Part shown: positions 48,833-58,645 of the stretch, piece after piece
Layout of the letters: the number at the start of each line of letters is the position of its first letter
Numbering within the stretch: the first letter of the stretch is position 1
Assembly: GCA_905236245.1 (NCBI GenBank)
Contig: CAJOPC010000004.1
Span: forward strand, 6,079 to 70,078
Length of the DNA: 64,000 nucleotides
Direction of reading: 5' to 3'
Origin: an uncultured Alphaproteobacteria bacterium
Lineage (GTDB): Bacteria > Pseudomonadota > Alphaproteobacteria > CAAHEQ01 > UBA3637
Notes under the pieces: model-generated
The model's input: only the letters and a program-made list of their open reading frames with translations
The model's database searches: none
What the model was told of the DNA's origin: nothing
Position numbers and translations under genes: made by a program

Positions 48833-48854
48833 TGTGTGTGTGTGTGTGTGTGTG
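48833..48854. repeat. (TG)11 dinucleotide microsatellite, about 100 bp upstream of the P5 start codon
   Basis: Perfect TG x 11, visible directly in the sequence. Confidence 0.9.
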
Positions 48855-48965
48855 TACAAAATAAGGGCTATCGCCTTATTCACGTTCGCTATTTTTTTTA
48901 AAATCATAGAATCATTCCTACACATGGCTTCATTTTGACATATACTTCAATGAATTGTCAAGGGG

Positions 48966-49000
48966 AAAACAAAAAAATACTCCCGATTGTGCGGGAGTAT
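48966..49000 (-). terminator. Terminator of the FadL-family gene
   Basis: ATACTCCCGcacaatCGGGAGTAT hairpin plus a 7-T run on the minus strand. Confidence 0.7.
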
Positions 49001-49019
49001 TTTCGATTTTTACCCGATA

Positions 49020-50258
49020 TTAAAAATGATACTGGGCGCTTAAACCAAGGCTGTTGAGTTGCGTATGATATGTTCCGCGAATTTCGGTCTGTCCCGTTGT
49101 GTTAGCTTTACTAGCCACACGAGCTTTGGACCAAAACATATGGAAATAGCTGGCATCGATTTGCCAATTACCTCTTTTATAACTGGCACCAATACTGGCA
49201 ATCCAGCGGTTTGCGTCTGGCACACGCGCGGTACGATGCTTTGGATCTTTTACCGCACCTTGATCATAAGCCAAACCAGTCCGGAAGGTCAAATTTTTGC
49301 AATAATGATAATCGACGCCACCAGAAACTGTCCAAGTATTCCGCCAATTTTCATCAACTTGAGATGGAGTTCTCCCAGGGCCTAATTGAGCCAAAGCCGT
49401 TGAATCAATAGACAACAAATTGAAACGGCTCCAACGTGTCCAACGTGCCATAGCAGAAAGACCAAACTTGCCAACTTCTTGATAGGCTGTTAATTGAATG
49501 TGCTCTGGATCTACCAACTTTGTACTACTATAACCTTCTTTACGCCCCACTGCGGGATTTGGGTGTTGAAAGTGGTGTTTACCTTTAATATTTTGCACAA
49601 TCGGAGAACGATAAGCCACACCGAAACGTGCTGTCTTTGTTGGCTCAACCATAATACCAGCATTCCAACCATGTCCCCAACCATCAGCATTCATGTCGGA
49701 TTTACCGCCAGCAGCAGAATCCAATGTATTTGTTAAACGTGCTTGCATGCGTTCCAAAATAAAGCCACCACCAATACTCAACCATTGCAATGGTTTCCAT
49801 GCCAAAGATGGATGGATATCAATTGTTTCAATCTCACTCACCAAAGAATGTGTACGACCAAACCAAGATTTATTATAATATGTGCCCAATCCAAACGGTA
49901 CATACAATCCTAAACCTAAACGCCAATTTTCGGAAAGCGCATATTGTCCGAAAGCATGCGGAATCAATTTAAAGTTACGCAATTTACCTTTGGAAGTCGC
50001 TGTACCATCACTCAATGAACCACCTTCCACATTGGAATGAATGTCCATTCCCATAGCACCCAATTGCATACCCGACTTTCTCAAAGTCATACCGGCAGGG
50101 TTAAAAGCCACTGCAGAATAATCGTCACCAACGATACCTGCTCCGGCAAAAGCACGACCGGCATTTGTGACAGAGTATTCCTGTAATTGATAACCACCGG
50201 CCCAAACACTGGTGGAAGCCATTAATAATACTGCTAATAATGTTAATTTACTTTTCAT
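49020..50258 (-). CDS. FadL/OmpP1/TodX family outer-membrane hydrophobic-compound transporter
   Basis: Signal peptide. The mature N-terminus AGGYQLQEYSVTNAGRAFAGAG is typical of FadL. C-terminal aromatic residue (..YHF). Confidence 0.8.
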   Translation of the reverse strand: MKSKLTLLAVLLMASTSVWAGGYQLQEYSVTNAGRAFAGAGIVGDDYSAVAFNPAGMTLRKSGMQLGAMGMDIHSNVEGGSLSDGTATSKGKLRNFKLIPHAFGQYALSENWRLGLGLYVPFGLGTYYNKSWFGRTHSLVSEIETIDIHPSLAWKPLQWLSIGGGFILERMQARLTNTLDSAAGGKSDMNADGWGHGWNAGIMVEPTKTARFGVAYRSPIVQNIKGKHHFQHPNPAVGRKEGYSSTKLVDPEHIQLTAYQEVGKFGLSAMARWTRWSRFNLLSIDSTALAQLGPGRTPSQVDENWRNTWTVSGGVDYHYCKNLTFRTGLAYDQGAVKDPKHRTARVPDANRWIASIGASYKRGNWQIDASYFHMFWSKARVASKANTTGQTEIRGTYHTQLNSLGLSAQYHF

Positions 50259-50435
50259 TTTTTCTCCTTTTGTTTCACTTTGGTGACACTATTATTACAC
50301 TTTTATTACAACAATGCAACAAAAAAATTTAAAAAAATGAAACTATCTTATTTTTCAAAATAAAATACGCATCTAAACTCATATACAACAAAAAAACACC
50401 CCCGAGTTTCGAGGGTGTTTCTTTTAAGTTGAAGA

Positions 50436-51443
50436 TTACAACAATTTGCCCATAGCAACGGCTGTATCCAACATACGATTGGAGAATCCCCATTCGTTGT
50501 CATACCAGCTCATCACACGCAATTGTGTACCACCCATCACCTTTGTGCCGTTAGCATCAAATGTGGAGGAGTGAGCATCATGTGTAAAGTCGATGCTGAC
50601 CAATTTTTCGGCGTTGTAACCCAAAATTCCTTTGAGTTCACCTTCTGCAGCGGCTTTCAAAGCGGCGTTGACTTCATCAACGGTTACTTCTTTTTCCATA
50701 ATGAAGTTAGCATCCACCAAAGAAACATCTGGGGTCGGCACGCGAATCGAAACACCGTCCAATTTGCCGGCCAATTCTGGCATCACCAAACCAATAGCTT
50801 TAGCAGCACCAGTCTTTGTTGGAATCATGCTCATAGCAGCAGCACGAGCGCGATACAAATCTTTATGTAATTGATCCAAAATCTTTTGATCATTTGTGTA
50901 GCTGTGAATTGTTGTCATAAAGCCTTGTTTAATGCCAAAAGCTTTTTGCAATACATAGACCACAGGGGCCAAACAGTTTGTTGTGCAAGATGCATTAGAA
51001 ACAACCAAATCTTCGGCTGTCAATGTATTTTGGTTCACACCGTACACGATTGTCTTATCGGCGCCTTCTGATGGAGCAGACACCAACACGCGTTTTGCAC
51101 CAGCTTGCAAATGCACCATAGCTTTTTCCTTGGATGTAAAGATACCTGTGCATTCAAACACGATATCAACACCCATTTCACCCCATGGCAATTGTGTTGG
51201 ATCTTTTTGAGCAATCACGCGGGTCTTTTTATCTCCGGCGAGCAAATATTCACCCTCGGCACGAATATCCATATCTAATTTTCTGTGAATAGAATCATAC
51301 TTCAACAAATAAGCATTGGCGGCGGCGTCACCCAAATCATTGATGGCAACGATATCCACATCTGTGCGGCCAGATTCCAACCAAGCACGATATACCAAAC
51401 GGCCAATACGGCCAAATCCGTTAATAGCAACTTTTACTGTCAT
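50436..51443 (-). CDS. gap: Glyceraldehyde-3-phosphate dehydrogenase (type I)
   Basis: [15 protein letters not shown] start. [10 protein letters not shown] active site. The upstream ORF extension was rejected. Confidence 0.95.
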   Translation of the reverse strand: MTVKVAINGFGRIGRLVYRAWLESGRTDVDIVAINDLGDAAANAYLLKYDSIHRKLDMDIRAEGEYLLAGDKKTRVIAQKDPTQLPWGEMGVDIVFECTGIFTSKEKAMVHLQAGAKRVLVSAPSEGADKTIVYGVNQNTLTAEDLVVSNASCTTNCLAPVVYVLQKAFGIKQGFMTTIHSYTNDQKILDQLHKDLYRARAAAMSMIPTKTGAAKAIGLVMPELAGKLDGVSIRVPTPDVSLVDANFIMEKEVTVDEVNAALKAAAEGELKGILGYNAEKLVSIDFTHDAHSSTFDANGTKVMGGTQLRVMSWYDNEWGFSNRMLDTAVAMGKLL

Positions 51444-51529
51444 TTTCTTTATTTTCCTTTCATTAAAAATACGACTTAAAAATCGTGCCTTTGATATAAG
51501 CATATTTTTTATAAAATTGCAAGCACTTT

Positions 51530-51558
51530 TTGACAGATTTTGAGTTCCATGGTATAAT
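51530..51558 (+). promoter_or_regulatory. Perfect consensus sigma70 promoter (TTGACA-17 bp-TATAAT) driving a small ORF
   Basis: TTGACA at 51530-51535 and TATAAT at 51553-51558. Confidence 0.65.
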
Positions 51559-51584
51559 GAAAGTGTCAACGGAAAGGAGAGCAC

Positions 51585-51752
51585 ATGGCAGCAACAAACG
51601 ACAGACTACAACAGCTGAAACGAATCCGCGAAGAATTCTATCGCAAGAAAACAGAAGCTAAGGAAAATGCAAAAAGCGTCAAACGCCAAATGTCTAACCA
51701 ACTATTGCAACTGGCAAAGCTCAATATAAAGGGCTCTCAAAGAGCCGCCTAA
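51585..51752 (+). CDS. Unannotated small basic protein (55 aa)
   Basis: ATG 7 nt after a GGAAAGGAGA RBS. Sequence [55 protein letters not shown]. It is below the 60-aa ORF-track cutoff. Confidence 0.5.
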   Translation: MAATNDRLQQLKRIREEFYRKKTEAKENAKSVKRQMSNQLLQLAKLNIKGSQRAA

Positions 51753-53437
51753 TGCGCTTGATATAGCGGCCAACGCTTTTGAACAATTTCGTCCAAGGAT
51801 TCCAAGGACTTGCCCATTAAGTTTTGATAAACCCAATAGTTGACCAAAATTCTTTCAACAAATCCGCGGGTCTCCTTAGAGGGTAAAATTTCCAAAAATA
51901 ATAGCGGATCATCATGATAATTCATTTTATTTTTCCATTTTGTTAAATTACCAGGCCCTGCATTATATGCAACCGCCAAAAAGATAAGGTTATTATTTAC
52001 TTGAGGATATTCCTCCATTAAACGCATTAAGTACGCTTGTCCCAAACGCAAATTATAGGCCGGATCTTTAAGTGCATTTTTTGAAAATGGGCACTGCAAA
52101 ACCCCTGCCAATTCTCTGGCTGTATCTGGCATTAATTGCATCAATCCCAAAGCGCCCGCATGGCTTTCTGCACGATTATTAAAACAAGATTCCTGTCTGA
52201 CAAAAGCATAGACCAATTCTTTTTTCAGTTTCCATCCCCCTTGGGGCGTCCAATTCGGCATAGGATAACGCACATCTTCTCCCTGTAGCGTTCCCGTCAA
52301 TCCTTGCAACACATCATCAAAATCATTTTCCTTAGAAATCAACATTAAAACGCCCTTGCCTTCGTCATCTGCTTCTAAATAAAGTTTAGACAACTCCTGG
52401 CTGGCCCACTCATCACGTCCAATTTGTCTTAAAGCATAAAAGCGCTCCAAAGCGGGGTGTGAAAAACTGGCACGCACCTCATCCACCGGCAACACGGGCG
52501 TATCCCATACATAATTTAAATCCTCTCCCAAAGCTCTAGAAGCCAACATACCATAAAAATTACGTGGTGATTTTGATGCTATCTTAAAGTATTCGATAAC
52601 AGAAGAATATTTCCCCAAACCCAAATAAGTACGAGCGGCCCAATAAGCTGCCCGCGTTTTGATATTATCCGGAGCAGATCGCATATCTGCTAAATCAGAA
52701 AAATATGAAGCTGCTTGCTCTAAATCACCTAAACTCCAACTGGCCAACCCGGCAACCCAATAACTTAACGGAACAGTATTTATCCATCTGATGGCCTCTT
52801 TAACAGTTTCTAAGGCTAAAGAATCTTCTCCATCCAATAAATAATTATAAGCCAAAGCCGTTTTGGCTTTATTTAAATCCTCTCGCGTTAATAAATGAAT
52901 TGTTTTTTTATCCTGAATCATTTGTTTTGCTGTTAAGGTGTGCCCCTGTTTTAATGCGCGAACAATTTGCTTCATCCTTTTGCTTGCCTCTTTTTTTTGA
53001 GCTCCAGACAAATAAGAAAAAGAAAGATTACTTATCAATTCTAACGGCTCTTGTCTTGAAGGACTTGAACAAGCCTGAGTATTTCCGCCAAAGAGCCCTT
53101 TGGGACGCACCAAGCGTTTGATTTTCTTTTGATTACCCAAGGCATACATATCAACCGCCACCGGCAAATCAGCATAATGCGACATCCATGAAAAAATCTC
53201 GTCTGGTTTAGTCACATACTTACGGGAAAAATAACGATCGAACAATACATATCCCTTCAATAAATTATTTTGAATTTTTTTCTCAACTGCTTTTGCGGCG
53301 GCAAAATCTCCCTTGTGTTGCAAAGTAAAAATCTGTTTATAATTTTTAATATCCGATTTAGATAGCACTTCCCCAAAGGCCCACGCATTTGATAGGCATA
53401 GGCACAAACTACACACTAGTAAAAGGACAAAGCGCAT
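51749..53437 (-). CDS. slt: Soluble lytic murein transglycosylase (Slt family)
   Basis: Signal peptide. Superhelical repeat domain. C-terminal SLT domain with ES...GLMQLMP...AYNAG motifs. Confidence 0.85.
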   Translation of the reverse strand: MRFVLLLVCSLCLCLSNAWAFGEVLSKSDIKNYKQIFTLQHKGDFAAAKAVEKKIQNNLLKGYVLFDRYFSRKYVTKPDEIFSWMSHYADLPVAVDMYALGNQKKIKRLVRPKGLFGGNTQACSSPSRQEPLELISNLSFSYLSGAQKKEASKRMKQIVRALKQGHTLTAKQMIQDKKTIHLLTREDLNKAKTALAYNYLLDGEDSLALETVKEAIRWINTVPLSYWVAGLASWSLGDLEQAASYFSDLADMRSAPDNIKTRAAYWAARTYLGLGKYSSVIEYFKIASKSPRNFYGMLASRALGEDLNYVWDTPVLPVDEVRASFSHPALERFYALRQIGRDEWASQELSKLYLEADDEGKGVLMLISKENDFDDVLQGLTGTLQGEDVRYPMPNWTPQGGWKLKKELVYAFVRQESCFNNRAESHAGALGLMQLMPDTARELAGVLQCPFSKNALKDPAYNLRLGQAYLMRLMEEYPQVNNNLIFLAVAYNAGPGNLTKWKNKMNYHDDPLLFLEILPSKETRGFVERILVNYWVYQNLMGKSLESLDEIVQKRWPLYQAH

Positions 53438-53448
53438 CTACACAAAAC

Positions 53449-54123
53449 CTAACGCAGCGGAACAAAAACCACACGTTTTTTACATGCGTTTTCTTCCATT
53501 TCTGGCACCTGACATTTCTTTACTTCTACCGCAGGCATCTCCATTATAACTTCACAAGCAGTTCCAAGCAATGTAATGCTTTCTTCCTGTGTTGCCTTTG
53601 GCGCTAAATTTCGAATGGTATAATTGGCCTCTATATCGCCGTATGTCAACTTTACCTCTAAATTTTGGATAACCCGGCGCAAGCCATTGTAAAACTTAAT
53701 AGAGCCAAAGCAATACGAGAAATTTCTATTTGGCGTAATGGTTGCATCTACGTTGTCAGAGTAAATTCGAATTTGAGCAGAACGTTTTTCTTCTTCTGTT
53801 TCTTCCTCTTCTGCTCCATCTGCTGATTTATCTTGGCTTTCAGCAGTCACAACCGACTCTGGCTCTTTGTTTTCAGCAAATAAATCTGTTTCTTCCTTTT
53901 GGGCCGCTTCTTCACCACTGGGCTGCTCTTCCTCCTCTACCTTTTCGACCGCTTCTGGTGCAATTTGTGGCACCTCCTCAGTTTCATTTTTCTTTAGCTC
54001 TTTTTTGGATTTTGGAGCAGCAACTCCCGCATCAGGGCCAAATCCCTCTAGTTCAGGAAATAATCCTTGGGCAAAAACAACACTTGTTATTAAACAAGCT
54101 CCCAATAAAAAAATTTTTTTCAT
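53449..54123 (-). CDS. Secreted acidic (Glu-rich) protein, upstream of slt
   Basis: Signal peptide MKKIFLLGACLITSVVFA. Long E/K-rich low-complexity segment. AAGGAGGG RBS before the Met at 54123. Confidence 0.55.
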   Translation of the reverse strand: MKKIFLLGACLITSVVFAQGLFPELEGFGPDAGVAAPKSKKELKKNETEEVPQIAPEAVEKVEEEEQPSGEEAAQKEETDLFAENKEPESVVTAESQDKSADGAEEEETEEEKRSAQIRIYSDNVDATITPNRNFSYCFGSIKFYNGLRRVIQNLEVKLTYGDIEANYTIRNLAPKATQEESITLLGTACEVIMEMPAVEVKKCQVPEMEENACKKRVVFVPLR

Positions 54124-54212
54124 TTTTATGCTCCCTCCTTTTGACATTTCATTTTAATTTAATTACAATAGCATACACGAACTAATATTCAATGTAAAGG
54201 AAGATTTTTAAA

Positions 54213-55586
54213 ATGGCAACCTTTTTTTTCTGCGGCATCGGTGGCATAGGCATGAGCGCTATTGCTCTGTATCTTAAAAAAATGGGGCATACGGTATTAG
54301 GTTCAGATCGATCTTTTGATCAAAATCAAAACAGTGCAATCAAAGCAAATTTAAAACAAGCCGGCATTGTTTTATTTCCACAAAATGGCACCAGCATTTC
54401 CCCCTATATTGATACTTTTGTCGTGTCTTCCGCCGTAGAAGATCATATCCCGGATGTTCAAAAAGCAAAAGAATTACAGCTCAACATTAAAACTCGCGCA
54501 GAAATATTGGCCGATATCCTTGAAAAATATTTCAGCATAGCTGTCGCAGGAACAAGCGGCAAAACAACAACAACTGCTATGATTGGACATATCCTGTTTA
54601 AAAACAACAAACATCCTATTATGATTAATGGGGGGATTTCTCAAAATACCTACCTGGGAAATCCATCGTCTAATCTGATATTAGATGGAGATGAAATTTG
54701 TGTCATTGAAGCTGATGAATCTGATGGTTCAATTGATCGATATACGCCGGACATTGCAGTTTTAACAAATGTCTCTTTAGACCACAAACCATTAAACGAA
54801 GTAAAGTCATTATTTTATAACTTTTTGAATCGCACGAGAAAAGGGATTGTTCTAAATATTGACGATCCCAACTCTTTAGAGCTCAATATTGATCATCCAA
54901 ACATTATTACGTTTTCCATTTCTGGTGATGAAAAAGCAACCTTGAAAGCTACCGATATTGTTCAACAAGACGCGACCGTTTCGTTTAACTTAAATGGCAT
55001 GGAGACAACCCTACCGCTTATTGGCAAACACAATATCGAAAATGCCTTAGCCGCTATTGGTGCCTGTCTTCATCTAGGGGTATCTATTGCTGAAAGCATA
55101 ACAGCCCTTCAATCTTTTTTGGGCGTCCAAAGACGACTTACTTTAATTGGAAAACCTAACGGAATATGCATTTTTGATGATTATGCACATAATCCGGCAA
55201 AACTGAAAGCAACACTCAGCGCTGTTAAACCGTCCAGCAAAAGAATTTTTGCCATATATCAACCGCATGGCTTTGGTCCGCTAAGGTTGATGAAAGATGA
55301 GCTAATTCAAACTTTGACAGATATTTTAGACGATCAAATTGAATGGATTATGCTCCCTGTTTTTTATGTGGGGGGCACGGTTCAAAAAGATATATCTTCA
55401 ACAGACATCATCATCCCTTTACAACAAAAAGGAAAACGAGCCGTTGAAATCAAGACACGAGAAGAAGTTCTAGCTTATCTGAAAAAAAGAACTTGTCCTG
55501 GGGATACTGTTTTAGTCATGGGCGCCAGAGATCCTTCTCTTACGACATTTGCCCAACAAATTTCGGAAAAATTACAGGAGGAATAA
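54213..55586 (+). CDS. mpl: UDP-N-acetylmuramate:L-alanyl-gamma-D-glutamyl-meso-diaminopimelate ligase (murein peptide ligase)
   Basis: Mur ligase three-domain architecture. GTSGKTTTT P-loop. Closer to Mpl/MurC than to other Mur ligases. Followed by ldcA. Confidence 0.75.
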   Translation: MATFFFCGIGGIGMSAIALYLKKMGHTVLGSDRSFDQNQNSAIKANLKQAGIVLFPQNGTSISPYIDTFVVSSAVEDHIPDVQKAKELQLNIKTRAEILADILEKYFSIAVAGTSGKTTTTAMIGHILFKNNKHPIMINGGISQNTYLGNPSSNLILDGDEICVIEADESDGSIDRYTPDIAVLTNVSLDHKPLNEVKSLFYNFLNRTRKGIVLNIDDPNSLELNIDHPNIITFSISGDEKATLKATDIVQQDATVSFNLNGMETTLPLIGKHNIENALAAIGACLHLGVSIAESITALQSFLGVQRRLTLIGKPNGICIFDDYAHNPAKLKATLSAVKPSSKRIFAIYQPHGFGPLRLMKDELIQTLTDILDDQIEWIMLPVFYVGGTVQKDISSTDIIIPLQQKGKRAVEIKTREEVLAYLKKRTCPGDTVLVMGARDPSLTTFAQQISEKLQEE

Positions 55587-56474
55587 ATGCCAAAAGCTGC
55601 TTTAATTGTTATGCCATCTTCTTATCATAAAATGACTTCTCAAAATAAAAGTACGATTGCTCAAATTTTTAAACAGCATGATTATACCGTCAAATGGGCA
55701 CCTCATGCCCAAACATGTGAAAAAGCTTTTGGCATTTTAGACAACGAAAAGGCACAAGATTTGCATCAGGCTTTTGCTCAACAACCCGATATCATTATGG
55801 CACTGCGCGGAGGTTATGGCTCCGAACGTCTTTTGCCAAAGCTCAATTGGGGCAAAATAAAAAAATCCAAAAGTTTATTCGTTGGTTGCAGCGACACGAC
55901 TGTTTTTCAAAATGCCTATCTTGCAAAAACGGGCAAAGCATCCATTACCGGCATGATTGCCACTTTTTTAATAAACAACACTTATAGTAAAACAACAAAG
56001 AATTTCTTTCAACTTTTATCCGGCCAGGATGTGGATTTAAAGAAATTTTCAACTTTGGCTCCGGGCCACGCAACCGGAACCGTAATCGGTGGTAATTTAA
56101 GCTGTTTTATCACGCTGATCGGAACGCCCTATATGCCAAAGTTAAAAGGTAAAATTTTACTATTGGAAGAAGTTCACGAGGCCCCCTTCCGTGTAGACCG
56201 CATGCTTACTCATCTAAAAACGGCAGGCGTATTTGATCAAATAAATGGTGTAATTTTAGGAACATTTCATGAATGTGTCCATCCCAAAGAAAATGAAGAC
56301 ATTGAAGTTCATCAAGTTCTTAAAAATTTCTTTGCCAATTTTAAAATTCCAGTCATAACTGATATCCCGTATGGTCACTCACCACAACATATTTGTCTGC
56401 CACTGGGAACAAAAGCAATAATTGACACGCAAAAAAATATTTTACATATTGACGCGCCTTCTAAAAAACGCTAA
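55587..56474 (+). CDS. ldcA: LD-carboxypeptidase (peptidase S66, muramoyltetrapeptide carboxypeptidase)
   Basis: GCSDTTVF nucleophile motif (compare GYSDITAL of LdcA). 295 aa. Tightly coupled to mpl. Confidence 0.7.
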   Translation: MPKAALIVMPSSYHKMTSQNKSTIAQIFKQHDYTVKWAPHAQTCEKAFGILDNEKAQDLHQAFAQQPDIIMALRGGYGSERLLPKLNWGKIKKSKSLFVGCSDTTVFQNAYLAKTGKASITGMIATFLINNTYSKTTKNFFQLLSGQDVDLKKFSTLAPGHATGTVIGGNLSCFITLIGTPYMPKLKGKILLLEEVHEAPFRVDRMLTHLKTAGVFDQINGVILGTFHECVHPKENEDIEVHQVLKNFFANFKIPVITDIPYGHSPQHICLPLGTKAIIDTQKNILHIDAPSKKR

Positions 56475-56508
56475 TATAAATTCTGAAATGAAATTGAAAG
56501 GACAAAAA

Positions 56509-57288
56509 ATGAGATTTTTATTAAAACTAATCAACTCTGTTTTAAAGATTATTATTTGGGCTATTTTACTTATTATTTTACTGGTTGTCGTCCTATATTT
56601 TAGTGCGGGCAAATTGATTCAACATTTCGCCCCTGACTTTATCAGTAAAATTACACAAACAGAAACAAGCTTGGGCGAGGTTGATCTTTCCTTGCTAAGC
56701 GGTAAAGTCGCAATCAATGATTTGGCTATTGGAAATCCATCCGGATACAAGGATAAAAATATTTTCCAATTAGGCAAGATTTTGGTAGATTACGATCCAA
56801 AAAGTTTGCTGACAAACAAAATTATTATTAACAAGGTTCAATTGTCTGGCATTGGTGTTTCCAGTGAATTAAACGCTCAAGGAAAAACAAATATCACACA
56901 ATTGATGGATAACGTCAATAGCTTTATCGGAACAGATTCTTCAAAGGCCGAAAAAGTACAACCTAAGACGGAGCAAAAACCCGAACAACCGAAAAGCGGT
57001 TCTGATACATCTGTGGTTATCCGTGATTTAGTGATTGAAGATTCATCCGTGCGGGCTGGAGTCGCCGGACAGATCAACACAATTCCTTTGCCGACTATTC
57101 GCCAACAAAACATTGGTGAACAAAAAGAGCAAAATATCGGACAAATCATTCAAGATGTTCTTGCTCTCATTAGTGCGGAATCTACAAAAGCCACTATTCA
57201 GGCTACAAAAGACGCCGCCAAAAATGCGGTAAAGTCAGGGAAAGACACATTACAAGGAATCAAAGAAGGATTCAAAGGTCTTTTCTAA
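56509..57288 (+). CDS. Membrane-anchored hypothetical protein (AsmA-like N-terminal region)
   Basis: Start MRFLLKLINSVLKIIIWAILLIILLVVVLYF after a GAAAGGA RBS. One TM helix plus a periplasmic domain. Confidence 0.5.
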   Translation: MRFLLKLINSVLKIIIWAILLIILLVVVLYFSAGKLIQHFAPDFISKITQTETSLGEVDLSLLSGKVAINDLAIGNPSGYKDKNIFQLGKILVDYDPKSLLTNKIIINKVQLSGIGVSSELNAQGKTNITQLMDNVNSFIGTDSSKAEKVQPKTEQKPEQPKSGSDTSVVIRDLVIEDSSVRAGVAGQINTIPLPTIRQQNIGEQKEQNIGQIIQDVLALISAESTKATIQATKDAAKNAVKSGKDTLQGIKEGFKGLF

Positions 57289-57299
57289 AAAAAGCAACT

Positions 57300-57335
57300 T
57301 GTAAAAAATCCCCAGCTTTGGGGATTTTTTATTTT
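57300..57335. terminator. Bidirectional terminator
   Basis: ATCCCCAGCTTTGGGGAT hairpin flanked by A and T runs. Confidence 0.7.
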
Positions 57336-58207
57336 GTCTTAGATTTCGATGTATTTTTTTGTTTTCTTTTCAAAAATTCAAAATGCGTAATTTTAACTTT
57401 TTTAATACGCCTCGCATCAACATCCAACACCTGAAATTTTAAACCGCTAGAATGGGTAATAATTTCCCCACGATATGGCAATCGACCAGCTAAATGAAAG
57501 ACCAATCCGCCCACAGTATCAACCTCAGCTTCTGTATCTTCCTTAGTTAAAAACGAACCAATCATTTTTTGTAGCTCAGACAATTCAACACGCGCATCCG
57601 CCTCAATAATTCGAGCAGATATTTTCTTTAATTCGGGCGGCTTATCCAACATATCATGTTCGTCTTCAATTTCACCAACGATTTCTTCCAGCAAATCTTC
57701 CAAGGTAATCAAGCCCAAAGTTCCACCGAATTCATCCACGACGACAGCCAATTGCATGGCCTTTGCCTGCATTTCGCGCAATAAATCTAAGCCCCGCATA
57801 GAGGGCGCAACAAAAACGACATGATGATTCATAATTTTGGAAATATCTATCTTTTTTTTCTGTAAAATAGCGCTCAATAAATCTTTTGTATGCAAAACGC
57901 CCACAATATTATCCATCGTTTTTTCGTAAACCGGCATACGTGTGTATTTATCCTTCAACACAATTTTTTTCAATTCTTCCGGCGTTGCATGAACAGAAAT
58001 AGCAACCATCTGAGCCCGAGGAATTACAATATCAACAGCACGTTTATCCCTTAATTTAAAAACGTTCTTCAATAATAACATTTCATCTGCATCAACCAAA
58101 ACTTCATCACCGCGTTCCTCGCGCTCATCCATAATCTCTTCCACAGTTTCTATGGCTTTTTCTTCCTCGGGGTGACTTTCAAAAAGGCTTTTTATTTTTT
58201 CAAACAT
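57329..58207 (-). CDS. corC: HlyC/CorC family transporter-associated protein (CBS pair plus CorC_HlyC domain)
   Basis: CBS domains and C-terminal transporter-associated domain. Position after ybeY as in the E. coli ybeZ-ybeY-ybeX cluster. Confidence 0.8.
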   Translation of the reverse strand: MFEKIKSLFESHPEEEKAIETVEEIMDEREERGDEVLVDADEMLLLKNVFKLRDKRAVDIVIPRAQMVAISVHATPEELKKIVLKDKYTRMPVYEKTMDNIVGVLHTKDLLSAILQKKKIDISKIMNHHVVFVAPSMRGLDLLREMQAKAMQLAVVVDEFGGTLGLITLEDLLEEIVGEIEDEHDMLDKPPELKKISARIIEADARVELSELQKMIGSFLTKEDTEAEVDTVGGLVFHLAGRLPYRGEIITHSSGLKFQVLDVDARRIKKVKITHFEFLKRKQKNTSKSKTK

Positions 58208-58645
58208 TTACACTCCTTTATAGGGATCCTCATACCCCAAACGCTGCAACAATTTTGTTTCTAATTGTTCCATTTTTTGGGCCTGCTTTTCCGTTAAATG
58301 GTCATATTTTTGTAAATGTAAAGCCCCATGTGTCAATAAATGGGCAAAATGTGCTGAAAATGTTTTTCTTTGCGCCTTTGCCTCATCCCGCGTAACACCA
58401 TAAGCAATCACAATATCCCCCGCCAACGGATATGCATTTTCAAACGAAAGGACATTTGTTGGTTTATCTTTTCCGCGATACTTTTTATTCAAAGAATGCA
58501 CAAAGTCATTGCTTGCCAAAACAACAGATACAACAGCATCTGACTTTCCCTTCCAAGCATTCTCGATAACTTTCTGACAAAAACGTTTTAAAAAAAAGCG
58601 TCGCAAATAAAAATGCTTATCCAAAACTTGAATGTCAATTTGCAT
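58208..58645 (-). CDS. ybeY: rRNA maturation endoribonuclease YbeY
   Basis: HGALHLQKYDH zinc-binding motif (H-x3-H-x5-H). Confidence 0.9.
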   Translation of the reverse strand: MQIDIQVLDKHFYLRRFFLKRFCQKVIENAWKGKSDAVVSVVLASNDFVHSLNKKYRGKDKPTNVLSFENAYPLAGDIVIAYGVTRDEAKAQRKTFSAHFAHLLTHGALHLQKYDHLTEKQAQKMEQLETKLLQRLGYEDPYKGV

